Positions 50,045-58,867 of a DNA stretch of 64,000 bases are shown piece by piece. This stretch comes from an uncultured Candidatus Saccharibacteria bacterium (GTDB taxonomy: Bacteria; Patescibacteriota; UBA1384; XYA2-FULL-43-10; 1-14-0-10-43-13). Below the pieces are notes generated by a model. The model saw only the letters and a program-made list of their open reading frames with translations, was not told where the DNA came from and searched no databases. The position numbers and the translations under genes are program-made. The DNA is taken from the NCBI GenBank assembly GCA_964628585.1, contig CAZVMH010000002.1, positions 97,751-161,750 on the forward strand. Direction: 5' to 3'. Position 1 is the stretch's first letter; every line of letters starts with the position of its first letter.

Positions 50045-51253
50045 TTATCTTCGCCTTTTCAGGATGACACCGTGCTCCTGCCGGAGCTGGGTGTTCCAGG
50101 CGTTGCAGGCGATGTCGCCCGCACTGTTGACGGCGACTGCTTCGCCGTCTAGCCTCCATATGGGGAGCGTCTTACCATCCAACACCCAAGTGCCTAGGTC
50201 GGTAACTTTGGCGAGGTCAATCATCTTGCCGTTCTCCCAGAGAAACGGTCTCAGATAGAGGTTGTGGGTAGCGGCGTCATACGAGATCGCTGTTCCCACT
50301 GCCTGGCCACGGTTATTGATGCAGTTGACTCGGCTGTTCGTGTACCCTGGAAGGGTACCCATCTCGTCTACCTGCCTGACACCGTCTTCGTCCAGGTACC
50401 AGTACAGAGCATGCGATGTCCTTTCGAAGGAGTATGCGGTCTGGTAGTTTCCTACCGTCTGACCACAGTTGTTTACGTCCTTCGCCTCCGCTTTCGCGAA
50501 AGTTACGAGCGGCATAGGCAGGGGTTGTACTCCGCCCATGTTGCTCCATAGTGCCGGCGTCAGGTGATTCGACGAATTTCCGGCAACTAGGCCATTGTCA
50601 CTCATCCCCCTGACTCCGTAGAGGGGAAGGAGCTTGGCGTTGAACCTTCTGTCGGAAACGAATGTCTTCCAGTACCCGCCGACGTTCATTTCTCCGCAGA
50701 ATGCATTGCCAGTGATGCTGGTAACCCAGGTCGCCGCAGATCCCAGCGGCAGACCCTTAAGGGTGCTTGTCAGATCGACAATGCTTTCCTTGCTGATGTT
50801 GCCCAGGAACGCCCGCTGTACGGGCCATTGATATCCTGGCAGGGTCTGGAAACCTATTCCGCCGAACTGGCCGGAATTGTTGATGGCCGAACAGACAGCT
50901 GTTCCCTCAACCCGCTTCAACTTGCCGTCTTTCAACCAGCAGGCACCGGTTTTGTTGCCCTGCGCGTCGTAGGTCCAGCCAACCGATAGCCCAGCGTCGT
51001 TGATGTCCATGACGTTGGACCATCCTTCAGCCATCAACTCAACGACGTTGTACAGGGCCTTTCTTCGGTTCCCTCTCGTCATAACTGGTCCAGTGACCGT
51101 TTCGAACTGCTCATTGGGTGAGAGCATTGGAACCAGCTCACCCTGTTCGCGCAATGCCAGGTTTTCTGGACCGGCAATTGGCGACAAATCTGCCGCCTGC
51201 GCACCCAAGCACATGGCCAGTGCCATGATCATGACTAGCATCATCTTTACCAC
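50045..51253 (-). CDS. Secreted HAF-repeat extracellular protein; GC-rich
   Basis: Repeats DINDAGLSVG, AINNSGQFGG, DVNNCGQTVG, CINNRGQAVG, PFLWENGKMIDL, AVNSAGDI. GTG start after CAGGAGG, signal peptide; promoter TTGCAT-17-TATAAT at 51306-51334. Confidence 0.85.
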   Translation of the reverse strand: MVKMMLVMIMALAMCLGAQAADLSPIAGPENLALREQGELVPMLSPNEQFETVTGPVMTRGNRRKALYNVVELMAEGWSNVMDINDAGLSVGWTYDAQGNKTGACWLKDGKLKRVEGTAVCSAINNSGQFGGIGFQTLPGYQWPVQRAFLGNISKESIVDLTSTLKGLPLGSAATWVTSITGNAFCGEMNVGGYWKTFVSDRRFNAKLLPLYGVRGMSDNGLVAGNSSNHLTPALWSNMGGVQPLPMPLVTFAKAEAKDVNNCGQTVGNYQTAYSFERTSHALYWYLDEDGVRQVDEMGTLPGYTNSRVNCINNRGQAVGTAISYDAATHNLYLRPFLWENGKMIDLAKVTDLGTWVLDGKTLPIWRLDGEAVAVNSAGDIACNAWNTQLRQEHGVILKRRR

Positions 51254-51374
51254 GTTTACGCCTCCTGTGTTTGCCCACTTTGCAAAAGCTGGGCAATATG
51301 CCCATATTATACAACAAATTAATATAAAATGCAATAGCAACAGCCGAAAACAAGAATCTCTTATTTACAAATAC

Positions 51375-51408
51375 AAAGGGGGCTCCGCGCGTTTCCACAC
51401 GGAGCCCC
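51375..51408 (-). terminator. Intrinsic terminator of the TolB-like/lipoprotein unit
   Basis: GGGGCTCCGTGTGGAAACGCGCGGAGCCCCCTTT on the minus strand. Confidence 0.8.
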
Positions 51409-51429
51409 TGTTACTTCTCCTTCCTCTCC

Positions 51430-51945
51430 TCACGGTTCTACGGCGACGGCAAAGACGATTGTGCCGTCTACTACGGGTAGTGTAGTCAGATAGTTCGGCT
51501 GTAAGTAGTCGTCCTTGACAATCAGGGCGTAGATTACGCCGCTGTGCGCGGGCGCGATCCACGAATTGTCATTTCTGACGCCGATGCTGGTGCTATCCAG
51601 CGGTTGAACATAGTAGCCATTGGTATAGCTGTAGACAATGACCTTTCTGCCGGTCATTGAGCCAGCTATTTGGCCATAGGCAACCTGGTTTGTGCCTTCG
51701 TAGATGCTAGACGAGCTGTCCGGGTGGACAATGGAGTCAAACTGGACAACCTCGTTGATGCGTATAGCCGTTGCCGTTTCCGACCAGGGCGGAAACGATC
51801 TGGTTGGCGGAGCAGGCTTCATGTAGACAGCCACGCCGAGCCTATACCCGAACTGAAGACCCTTGTCGGTCCCGCCACCGCCACCACACCCTGCCATGAC
51901 GATTGCCGTTACGATACAGACGAGAACAAGCGCTATCGTTCTCAT
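51430..51945 (-). CDS. Putative lipoprotein (lipobox MAG-C followed by poly-Gly); GC-rich
   Basis: MRTIALVLVCIVTAIVMAGCGGGGG; GAAGGAGAGAGGG upstream. Confidence 0.8.
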   Translation of the reverse strand: MRTIALVLVCIVTAIVMAGCGGGGGTDKGLQFGYRLGVAVYMKPAPPTRSFPPWSETATAIRINEVVQFDSIVHPDSSSSIYEGTNQVAYGQIAGSMTGRKVIVYSYTNGYYVQPLDSTSIGVRNDNSWIAPAHSGVIYALIVKDDYLQPNYLTTLPVVDGTIVFAVAVEP

Positions 51946-51960
51946 TTCCCTCTCTCCTTC

Positions 51961-53238
51961 CTACTGCACTGTGACATTCTGAATGTAGATCTCGGTGTTC
52001 TTGAAGATCTCTTTCGGTTCCTTCTTCACCAGATCTACGGTGAAGATCTGACAGCTAGTGTTGAGCAGAATCGTCTTGCTGTCGGGAGTCCAGCAGAGAT
52101 TCTGAACTGAGCCCCAGAACTTCGGAATTCCCAGCAAGCCGTATCCTCCCATTCCGGCTGGCGCGTCGAGTCCTCTTTCCTTGGCCTCAAGAGTATCGAC
52201 CAGTTTGACTGCCTTCTCATCTCCTACATTCCAGAGCCAGAGCCCGCCGATTGCCAAGAAGGCGTACTTCTTGCCGTCTGGTGAGAAGGCCGCATCGATA
52301 ATGTAGGGAATGTCGACGAACGGATCGCCGGCTTCCTTTGGCGCTTTCTTGTAGAGGCGCTTCTCGGTGAAGTCGTAGACATACAGCGTCGGGTCATCTA
52401 GCGACTTAACGAAGTTCCTCTCTTCTTCTGTGTCGAAGATGCCCATGACCTGCTTCGGCGAGAAGAATCCGAGTCTCTTTCCGTCCTTAGACCACTCGAG
52501 GAACCTTGTCATCTGCAGGTAGTTGATCTTCATGTTGATGACGTTTGTGGCAGGGCTCGGTAAAGGAGTCAGATGCTTTGACTTCCTCATGTCAATGACG
52601 CTCGCTTGGACGGGGACGGTCGCGACATAGTGACGATACAGCGAGGACTGCTTGTCTTCCGCCTTCGTGGCATTTTCGTCATAAATGACATACGCGAAGG
52701 CCAACTTTGTCGCGCTTGGCGACATTGTTGGGTTGAACAGAAGATGTCGCACCGGTGTATGGAGCAGACAAGTTCGCTTACCCGTGACCGGGTTTAGCCG
52801 CCAGATAGATGACTCGTTCTTGTCACCCATTGTGGCGTAGAGTATGTCCTTTCCATCCGGTGACCAGCTATAGTGCGTATCGAAGCTGGCCTCCATGTCT
52901 TCCTCGACGATACGGGGAATGCGTCGAATCTCCTTGCCGTCTTTCCCATAGACGCAGATAAAGTCCTTGACCAACCCCGTATCTGCAGTGACAAGCGAGA
53001 CCAAGATCCTGCCACTCTTGTCTGGTGCAGGATACACATGGCTGATGTTCGAGACCGAAATGTTCCAGTCCCGCAGATTCTTGCCGTCAAGGCCCATGGA
53101 GAAGATATCGCACTTGGTCGGCTTCTCCTTGTCCTTGCTTGCAGTGAAGTACACCGTGCTTGCAGGTACTACTGCGCCCTGTGCTACTAGAGCGAGAGCC
53201 AGAAGCACTACTACCAACAGAAAACATAGCCGGTTCAT
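51961..53238 (-). CDS. Secreted TolB-like/PD40 beta-propeller protein; GC-rich
   Basis: Signal peptide MNRLCFLLVVVLLALALVAQG; WSPDGK, MSPSATKLAF, WSKDGK, FSPDGKK, WTPDSK repeats. AGGAGG SD; promoter TTGAAT-17-TATACT at 53288-53316. Confidence 0.85.
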   Translation of the reverse strand: MNRLCFLLVVVLLALALVAQGAVVPASTVYFTASKDKEKPTKCDIFSMGLDGKNLRDWNISVSNISHVYPAPDKSGRILVSLVTADTGLVKDFICVYGKDGKEIRRIPRIVEEDMEASFDTHYSWSPDGKDILYATMGDKNESSIWRLNPVTGKRTCLLHTPVRHLLFNPTMSPSATKLAFAYVIYDENATKAEDKQSSLYRHYVATVPVQASVIDMRKSKHLTPLPSPATNVINMKINYLQMTRFLEWSKDGKRLGFFSPKQVMGIFDTEEERNFVKSLDDPTLYVYDFTEKRLYKKAPKEAGDPFVDIPYIIDAAFSPDGKKYAFLAIGGLWLWNVGDEKAVKLVDTLEAKERGLDAPAGMGGYGLLGIPKFWGSVQNLCWTPDSKTILLNTSCQIFTVDLVKKEPKEIFKNTEIYIQNVTVQ

Positions 53239-53422
53239 TCGAATCCTCCTGTTCCCAAGGCTGAATTTTGGTGCAACCATCGGCGCAAGTATACAATTTT
53301 TACTCAATTTATTCAATAGAGTAAGCAATATTAAAAAAAGACTCCTACAGTTACAGCAGATGAGAGTCTAGTTTGTTGATATTATATTACAATTTGTCGA
53401 TTACGCGTTCAAAAACAGGAAA

Positions 53423-54130
53423 CTATTTCTGTGATGACGGCTTAAATTTTGCTAAACATTTCGTCTGGTCAAATGGTCCCTGTCCAATCTGTCTCACGGC
53501 CAACCCCTGGTCATCGTTTATATCTTGAATTAGACCCTCGTTCCCATTTATTGTTTCAAGATCAGCCACCAAAACGACTGCGGCCTCCCTCTGGCTTTTT
53601 GGGATCTCAGCAGTTAATCCTCGCATTACTTCATGAAAGTCGCTCGTCCAGTAGTACTCTGGTTTTGGTTCCTCAGAGGGCTGCGTAATTCTAAAGAATA
53701 GGACTTTGCTCGGATTGATCTTTGCTTCTGCTAGAGCGTTAATATTTATTTTATAGCCCTCTTCCTCTCGCCTCACTCTACCATTATGGTGCATAGTTTC
53801 TGGAACTGCCATCTCTTTGCCAAAAAAACCGGTATCGTCTCCGCTCCATCTTTTTGTTCTTGCCTTATAAAAGTAGTCGCCAAAAGCCATAGAATGGCCG
53901 ATGTATTCTGCCATTCGCGCGTCTGATTCTTTAATATCGGCTGGCAAGGAATTGTATAGGTCTGGGTCTTTAAAATAATCTAAAACCATCGGATTTAAAG
54001 TGATCCCATGCTCGGTCAAAATATTACAAGCGTTAGCTACTTTGGCCTCAACTTTCTCATCGCGATAAACTGGTGGTAACTCAACTTGATCAATTAAATC
54101 AATTTTTTTAGGGTCGCCAATATCATTCAT
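53423..54130 (-). CDS. Hypothetical protein
   Basis: 235-aa ORF translationally coupled (ATGA) to the upstream ORF. Confidence 0.7.
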   Translation of the reverse strand: MNDIGDPKKIDLIDQVELPPVYRDEKVEAKVANACNILTEHGITLNPMVLDYFKDPDLYNSLPADIKESDARMAEYIGHSMAFGDYFYKARTKRWSGDDTGFFGKEMAVPETMHHNGRVRREEEGYKININALAEAKINPSKVLFFRITQPSEEPKPEYYWTSDFHEVMRGLTAEIPKSQREAAVVLVADLETINGNEGLIQDINDDQGLAVRQIGQGPFDQTKCLAKFKPSSQK

Positions 54131-54363
54131 TTGTTTTGCTTATTATCAATCGACTCGTTTTTGTCTGGGTAGCAACAAATTACATTGTCTAAATATTCTA
54201 TTCCACAAAAATATTTACAAATTGAGACATTCTTGACTGCACATTTGTGCTCATTAGTTCCTTCTTTTGCGTTCCATGGACAGGCGGTTTGTTTCCAAGA
54301 GGTATTATCTTGCGAAACCAAATCAATATCCATATTCGCCCCATCTAAAATTATTTTTTTCAT
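54127..54363 (-). CDS. Small Cys-rich hypothetical protein
   Basis: CPWN...HKCAVK..SICKYFCG...ICC, likely metal-binding. Confidence 0.7.
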   Translation of the reverse strand: MKKIILDGANMDIDLVSQDNTSWKQTACPWNAKEGTNEHKCAVKNVSICKYFCGIEYLDNVICCYPDKNESIDNKQNK

Positions 54364-54368
54364 TTTTT

Positions 54369-55100
54369 TTACTCTTTGTTTTTATTTCTAAAAAATATTT
54401 TTTTAATATGTTCTGGGGTTCGTGTTTCTACGCCGTCATGAAACTTACGGTTTACTTCTTCTGAAATTTTCATCGCATTAATACTGCTTCTTCGCTGATA
54501 AAAGGGGTTCTTTGCTAATTCTCTAATATATGCAATTTCTTCATCGGAATAAGGCAATTTACCTTGAGAAATTGCTCCTAGCCGACCAATTTCTCTTCTT
54601 TCTGCGGGCGTTTGCGCGTGTATTCCTATCCCCCGTTCAAATTGTTTTTTGCCAGATTCCTGTCCAATTTCACTTCGTCTTTCTTTTGATAATCCAAAAA
54701 TTCCTCTCTGTTCTTCCACCATCTGTTTCCCTGTCACCCTAGCACTTTCAGAATTATGGACTACCCCTATTTGTTTTGCTTCTTCTCTATTCGCAATCAG
54801 CCCAGAATATGGTTCTTCTTCTGCAATTCTCATGTGCCCGTCGTAACCTCTTAAGGCGTGAAGTAGTGCAGTTTCTGCAACTCTATACTTTACGCCATAT
54901 TTGCCAGTTAGCCCGTATTTTTCTACTATTTTTGAAAGAGAAGATTCGGCATTTCTATAATCTTCTGCAACTTCTGGAAAATCTTCTTGAATTTGCCGTC
55001 CTAGTGTAATACTGCGAATAATAGCTGCCTTTTGTTGGTCGGACAGATCTGCCTCAAAAGTTCCTTCGGGTATATAGTCTGACGTTTTAATTTCTCCCAT
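54369..55100 (-). CDS. Hypothetical protein with internal ~25-aa repeats and a Myb/HTH-like C-terminus
   Basis: GIFGLSKERRSEIG / GIHAQTPAERREIG repeats; PYSDEEIAYIREL...ISEEVN. Confidence 0.65.
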   Translation of the reverse strand: MGEIKTSDYIPEGTFEADLSDQQKAAIIRSITLGRQIQEDFPEVAEDYRNAESSLSKIVEKYGLTGKYGVKYRVAETALLHALRGYDGHMRIAEEEPYSGLIANREEAKQIGVVHNSESARVTGKQMVEEQRGIFGLSKERRSEIGQESGKKQFERGIGIHAQTPAERREIGRLGAISQGKLPYSDEEIAYIRELAKNPFYQRRSSINAMKISEEVNRKFHDGVETRTPEHIKKIFFRNKNKE

Positions 55101-55115
55101 TTTTCTCCTTGATAA

Positions 55116-55397
55116 TTATTTTCTATCCTGAACGAATTTTCTTATCTCAACTCGCAGTTTTTCTTGCAACCTTTTTTGCTTTCGCTCTTTTCTTTCAGAA
55201 ATCTGGACTCCAATATAAACCATCGGTGAGACAATTAAGCCTATGTAAACTGCATACCGCAAACTTTCAGCTCTTCCCATATCAACTGTTTCTGATGTGA
55301 GTGCCAAATATGTGAGCAATCCGATACAAAAACCATAAAAAATATAAAAGAAAATAAAATTTAATAACTCGGCAAGAATTGCTCTTCTTTTACTCAT
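55116..55397 (-). CDS. Small two-TM membrane protein
   Basis: Two hydrophobic helices and a basic tail. Confidence 0.65.
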   Translation of the reverse strand: MSKRRAILAELLNFIFFYIFYGFCIGLLTYLALTSETVDMGRAESLRYAVYIGLIVSPMVYIGVQISERKERKQKRLQEKLRVEIRKFVQDRK

Positions 55398-55409
55398 GAT
55401 TCTACTCTA

Positions 55410-56165
55410 TTATTTTACAACTTTTTCTACTGCTTCAATATAGTTACAATAATCACAATTGGGATCAGGAGAAGGAATTGAGTCGGACATCAGACATCTT
55501 TTGGCGTCTAAAATTGTCTTTTCAACCCAAGAGTCGTCGCCCTTGTATGGGATCAAAGTAATATCAAATTCAAGCTTTCCATCAAATGCATCACAATCAG
55601 TTTTGCCGTTGCAGTAAACAAAATAACCCGTACTAGACACTTTCAGACCATTTTGGCGCAAGAGCCATTGGTATATCTCCATCTGCCTTTTGTAGCCGTC
55701 TTGCCAGTCTTTATTCAGTTCGGTAATTTCTTCATCTTTGCTGGTGCTCTTATAATCAACCACAATATACTCGCCTTTGCTATTGATCCAAAGGTCATCG
55801 ATGGCACCCGTTATCATCAAATTGGTTTTTTTATGCAAAAACTGCACGCCCTTAAAATTCTCCCGCCAAGTATTTAGTTCAATGTGCTCTACTGGCCGAG
55901 CATCAACCCCATACTTTTCAATAAGCGGATGTTTTTCGCCTTTGCTTCTGTGAATATCAAATTCTTTTTTGAGGAGACAATCAACAGCACTATTCAAAGC
56001 AAACGGATATCCCGGTGGTCGTCCAACCCCTAACTTTCTATCTAAATAAAAACAGCGTGGGCATTCTGTAAACAGCTCCAACTTCGACCGACTTAATTTA
56101 AAAGATTCTTTTGACTTACTGTCGAACAAATTTTTTGTTCTGTTAGCGTTGTAATACTCAGACAT
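55410..56165 (-). CDS. PD-(D/E)XK nuclease family protein (Cas4/AddB-like)
   Basis: LSRSKLELFTECPRCFY, GAIDDLW, VDYKST, QMEIYQW, CDYC. Confidence 0.85.
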   Translation of the reverse strand: MSEYYNANRTKNLFDSKSKESFKLSRSKLELFTECPRCFYLDRKLGVGRPPGYPFALNSAVDCLLKKEFDIHRSKGEKHPLIEKYGVDARPVEHIELNTWRENFKGVQFLHKKTNLMITGAIDDLWINSKGEYIVVDYKSTSKDEEITELNKDWQDGYKRQMEIYQWLLRQNGLKVSSTGYFVYCNGKTDCDAFDGKLEFDITLIPYKGDDSWVEKTILDAKRCLMSDSIPSPDPNCDYCNYIEAVEKVVK

Positions 56166-56237
56166 AACTATTCCTTATTTTCTAATGATGCGGTTAGTAC
56201 CCTTTACAATCTAGTAAAAACCCACTATAATTGACTC

Positions 56238-56439
56238 AAACACCGAGCAAGAGGCGCGCCTGATGGTTAAAGCTGCTTTATGCAACGACTGACTATCTTA
56301 AACGTACAGGTGTGGTTGCTAATTTTCCGAAATTTAATCGCGAGGTCTTAAGCCCACAAGCTTAAATGAAGTATGGCCTGACCAGACGAGTACTTCTCGG
56401 TTAACAATCCTATCAATGACCGCGGCTGCGGTCATTTTT
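56238..56439 (+). ncRNA. Putative ~200-nt structured ncRNA (6S-like rod)
   Basis: Promoter TTTACA-17-TATAAT (56203-56231). Ends pair (ACCGAG 56242 / CTCGGT 56401); internal stems TGCTTTAT/ATGAAGTA and TGTGGTTG/TAATCGCG. Terminator AATGACCGC-GGCT-GCGGTCATT-TTT. Confidence 0.65.
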
Positions 56440-56449
56440 AGTTATACAT

Positions 56450-58867
56450 CTATTTCTTGCTCCGTGAAAATAATTGTGCCAATCGAGATTTTTGTTTTTG
56501 TTGCATATACAAATGCTTCTGAAATTCAATAAAAGTGGCACGAATTATCTCAGACTCTCCAAGTACTTTTTCTGCATCAGCCACTGACTGATACTTCAGA
56601 TTTATCAATTTTGGTAGCTTATCCTCACTAAGTTCTTCAACCCCTTCGCCAATATATTTTGACAGAACAAACAGCAAAAACTCTTTTTGTTTATCGTCAA
56701 GTCCATTCAAAATTGCACTTTTTGCTTTAGCTACTCGTTCCTCTCTCGATATAGGTTTCAAAGCGAATGAAATATATGCCAGCACGTCGAACAAGTCAGA
56801 ATTTTCAGCGTCAATTAGTTTTTGCAATGACCTCAGTTTTTCTAGGTCATACCCCATTTCAGAAATATTATACAAAAACGCATCTCTAGTTTTCGGATTA
56901 GACCAAATTTTTCTTAATTCTTCTTCTGACTTAAATAAACTTGGTAGATCGCCATACATATTTTGAATAAATTCTTCGGAAGATATTGGTTTGCCGTCAG
57001 CACTCCAAAAAGATGTAGAGACCATGTGCTGGATTTCTCTTTCTTTTCCATCTCGTAGTTTTATCTTTACCTTTTTCTTTGGTTTGTCCTCGCATTCGCA
57101 AGGATCCATTCCACATACAGGGCAAATTTTAGGTGGTTTTTCGCATTGGCACGGGTCCTGCCCACAAACGGGGCATTCTTTTGGTGGTTTTTCGCATATG
57201 CATGGATTTTCACCACATTTTGAACAAACTTCATTTATCGGCTCGCCATCCCATTCTGGATCGGAAAAATGATGATAAGCGTCAACAAAATCAATAATTG
57301 TAAAATATTCCTTGCCATCAAAAAGCCTTGTTCCCCGGCCAATGATTTGCTTAAACTCTATCATCGAATTCACAGGTCGCATTAGAACGATATTCCGAAT
57401 ATTCCGCGCATCAACGCCTGTTGAAAGCTTTTGTGATGTGGTTAATATGGTTGGAATCGTTTTTTCATTGTCTTGAAAATCTCGGAGGAATTGATCCCCG
57501 CGAGCGCCATCGTTGGCAGTAACACGAACACAGTAATTTGGCTCTTTGCTATCTTTCATTTGATTGACCAATTCTCGAACGGCGGCGGCGTGGTCCTGAG
57601 TGGCGCAAAAAATAATTGTCTTTTCGTTTTGATTTATTTCGTCGAGAACGATCCTGACTCTTTTTGCTTCTCGCTCTTTTATTTCAATAATCCGATTGAA
57701 ATCCGGTTCGGTATAAATTTTGCCTTCTTCGACCTCGCCCTCGATAAGTTCATCGTCAGAAGTGTAGACATAATCGTCGAGAGTTGTTTTGATCCGTTTT
57801 ACTTTAAACGGTGTCAGAAAACCGTCGTTTATTCCCTGTTTCAATGAATAAATATAAACTGGCTCGCCAAAGTATTTATATGTATCAATGTTATCTTTTC
57901 TCTTTGGAGTGGCAGTCAAACCAAGCTGAACGGCAGGTGAAAAATATTCGAGAATGCCTCGCCAATTGCCTTCGTCGTTTGCACCGCCTCTATGGCATTC
58001 GTCGATAATAATAAAGTCAAAAAAGTCTTTTGGATATTCACCAAAATAAGGAGTATTACCAGTGCCACTCATAAATGTCTGAAAAATTGTAAAAAATACA
58101 CTACCGTTTGTCGGCACAGCACCTTTTTTGCGAATATCGGCTGGGTTAATACGGACTAAAGCGTCTTCGGAAAACGCCGAGAACGAGTTGAAAGCTTGAT
58201 TAGCTAAAATATTTCTATCAGCCAAAAATAATATCCTTGGTCTACGCCCACCATCACGATTTAGATTCCATCGTGTATGAAAAAGCTTCCAAGCGATTTG
58301 AAAAGCGATAAATGTTTTGCCCGTACCAGTTGCAAGAGTTAGCAAAATTCGATCTTTATTCTCAGCTACGGCATCAAGAGCATTGTTTACGGCATTTTCT
58401 TGGTAATATCGAGGTGTTTTAGTGCCACCCATATCTTCAAAAGGAATTGAGGCAAATTTTTCTTTCCAGTCATTGTGCGAGGAAAAAGTTAAATTCCATA
58501 ATTCATCAGGAGTTGGAAATTTATCAATCGTTTTTTCCTTACCGGATTTCATCGATATTTCATAAATTTCTTTGCCGTTGGTTGAATAGGTATAATCAAT
58601 TTCTAATTTCTTGGCATATGCTTTGGCTTGAGCCACTCCTTCGCCAACACCGAGCTCGTCTTGTTTGGCTTCAATCACCGCTAGTTTTTGGTTCTTATAA
58701 ACCAAAATATAGTCGGCAATTTCTTTTTTGCCACGTACACCACCAGCCTGAATTTTGCCTTCGGTAATATGAAATTCACGAAGAATCTTTGATCCCTCGA
58801 CTTCACCCCAACCACATTCCTTTAGTTTCGGGTCAATATATTCAGCTCTTGTTTCTGCTTCGTTCAT
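56450..58867 (-). CDS. hsdR: Type I restriction endonuclease subunit R (EcoAI/EcoEI-like)
   Basis: NEAETR..IDP.L, IEAK, LATGTGKT, IIDECHRG, GLTATP, QIIGRGTR, EcoEI-type C-terminus. Confidence 0.95.
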   Translation of the reverse strand: MNEAETRAEYIDPKLKECGWGEVEGSKILREFHITEGKIQAGGVRGKKEIADYILVYKNQKLAVIEAKQDELGVGEGVAQAKAYAKKLEIDYTYSTNGKEIYEISMKSGKEKTIDKFPTPDELWNLTFSSHNDWKEKFASIPFEDMGGTKTPRYYQENAVNNALDAVAENKDRILLTLATGTGKTFIAFQIAWKLFHTRWNLNRDGGRRPRILFLADRNILANQAFNSFSAFSEDALVRINPADIRKKGAVPTNGSVFFTIFQTFMSGTGNTPYFGEYPKDFFDFIIIDECHRGGANDEGNWRGILEYFSPAVQLGLTATPKRKDNIDTYKYFGEPVYIYSLKQGINDGFLTPFKVKRIKTTLDDYVYTSDDELIEGEVEEGKIYTEPDFNRIIEIKEREAKRVRIVLDEINQNEKTIIFCATQDHAAAVRELVNQMKDSKEPNYCVRVTANDGARGDQFLRDFQDNEKTIPTILTTSQKLSTGVDARNIRNIVLMRPVNSMIEFKQIIGRGTRLFDGKEYFTIIDFVDAYHHFSDPEWDGEPINEVCSKCGENPCICEKPPKECPVCGQDPCQCEKPPKICPVCGMDPCECEDKPKKKVKIKLRDGKEREIQHMVSTSFWSADGKPISSEEFIQNMYGDLPSLFKSEEELRKIWSNPKTRDAFLYNISEMGYDLEKLRSLQKLIDAENSDLFDVLAYISFALKPISREERVAKAKSAILNGLDDKQKEFLLFVLSKYIGEGVEELSEDKLPKLINLKYQSVADAEKVLGESEIIRATFIEFQKHLYMQQKQKSRLAQLFSRSKK

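Noticed and set aside
50064-53371. Many 60-160-aa alternative-frame ORFs
   Set aside because: Expected by chance in GC-rich DNA; the three minus-strand genes have signal peptides, SDs and family motifs.
55410-56439. CRISPR-Cas or retron interpretation of the Cas4-like gene plus ncRNA
   Set aside because: No repeat-spacer array, no cas1/cas2 and no reverse transcriptase anywhere in the window.
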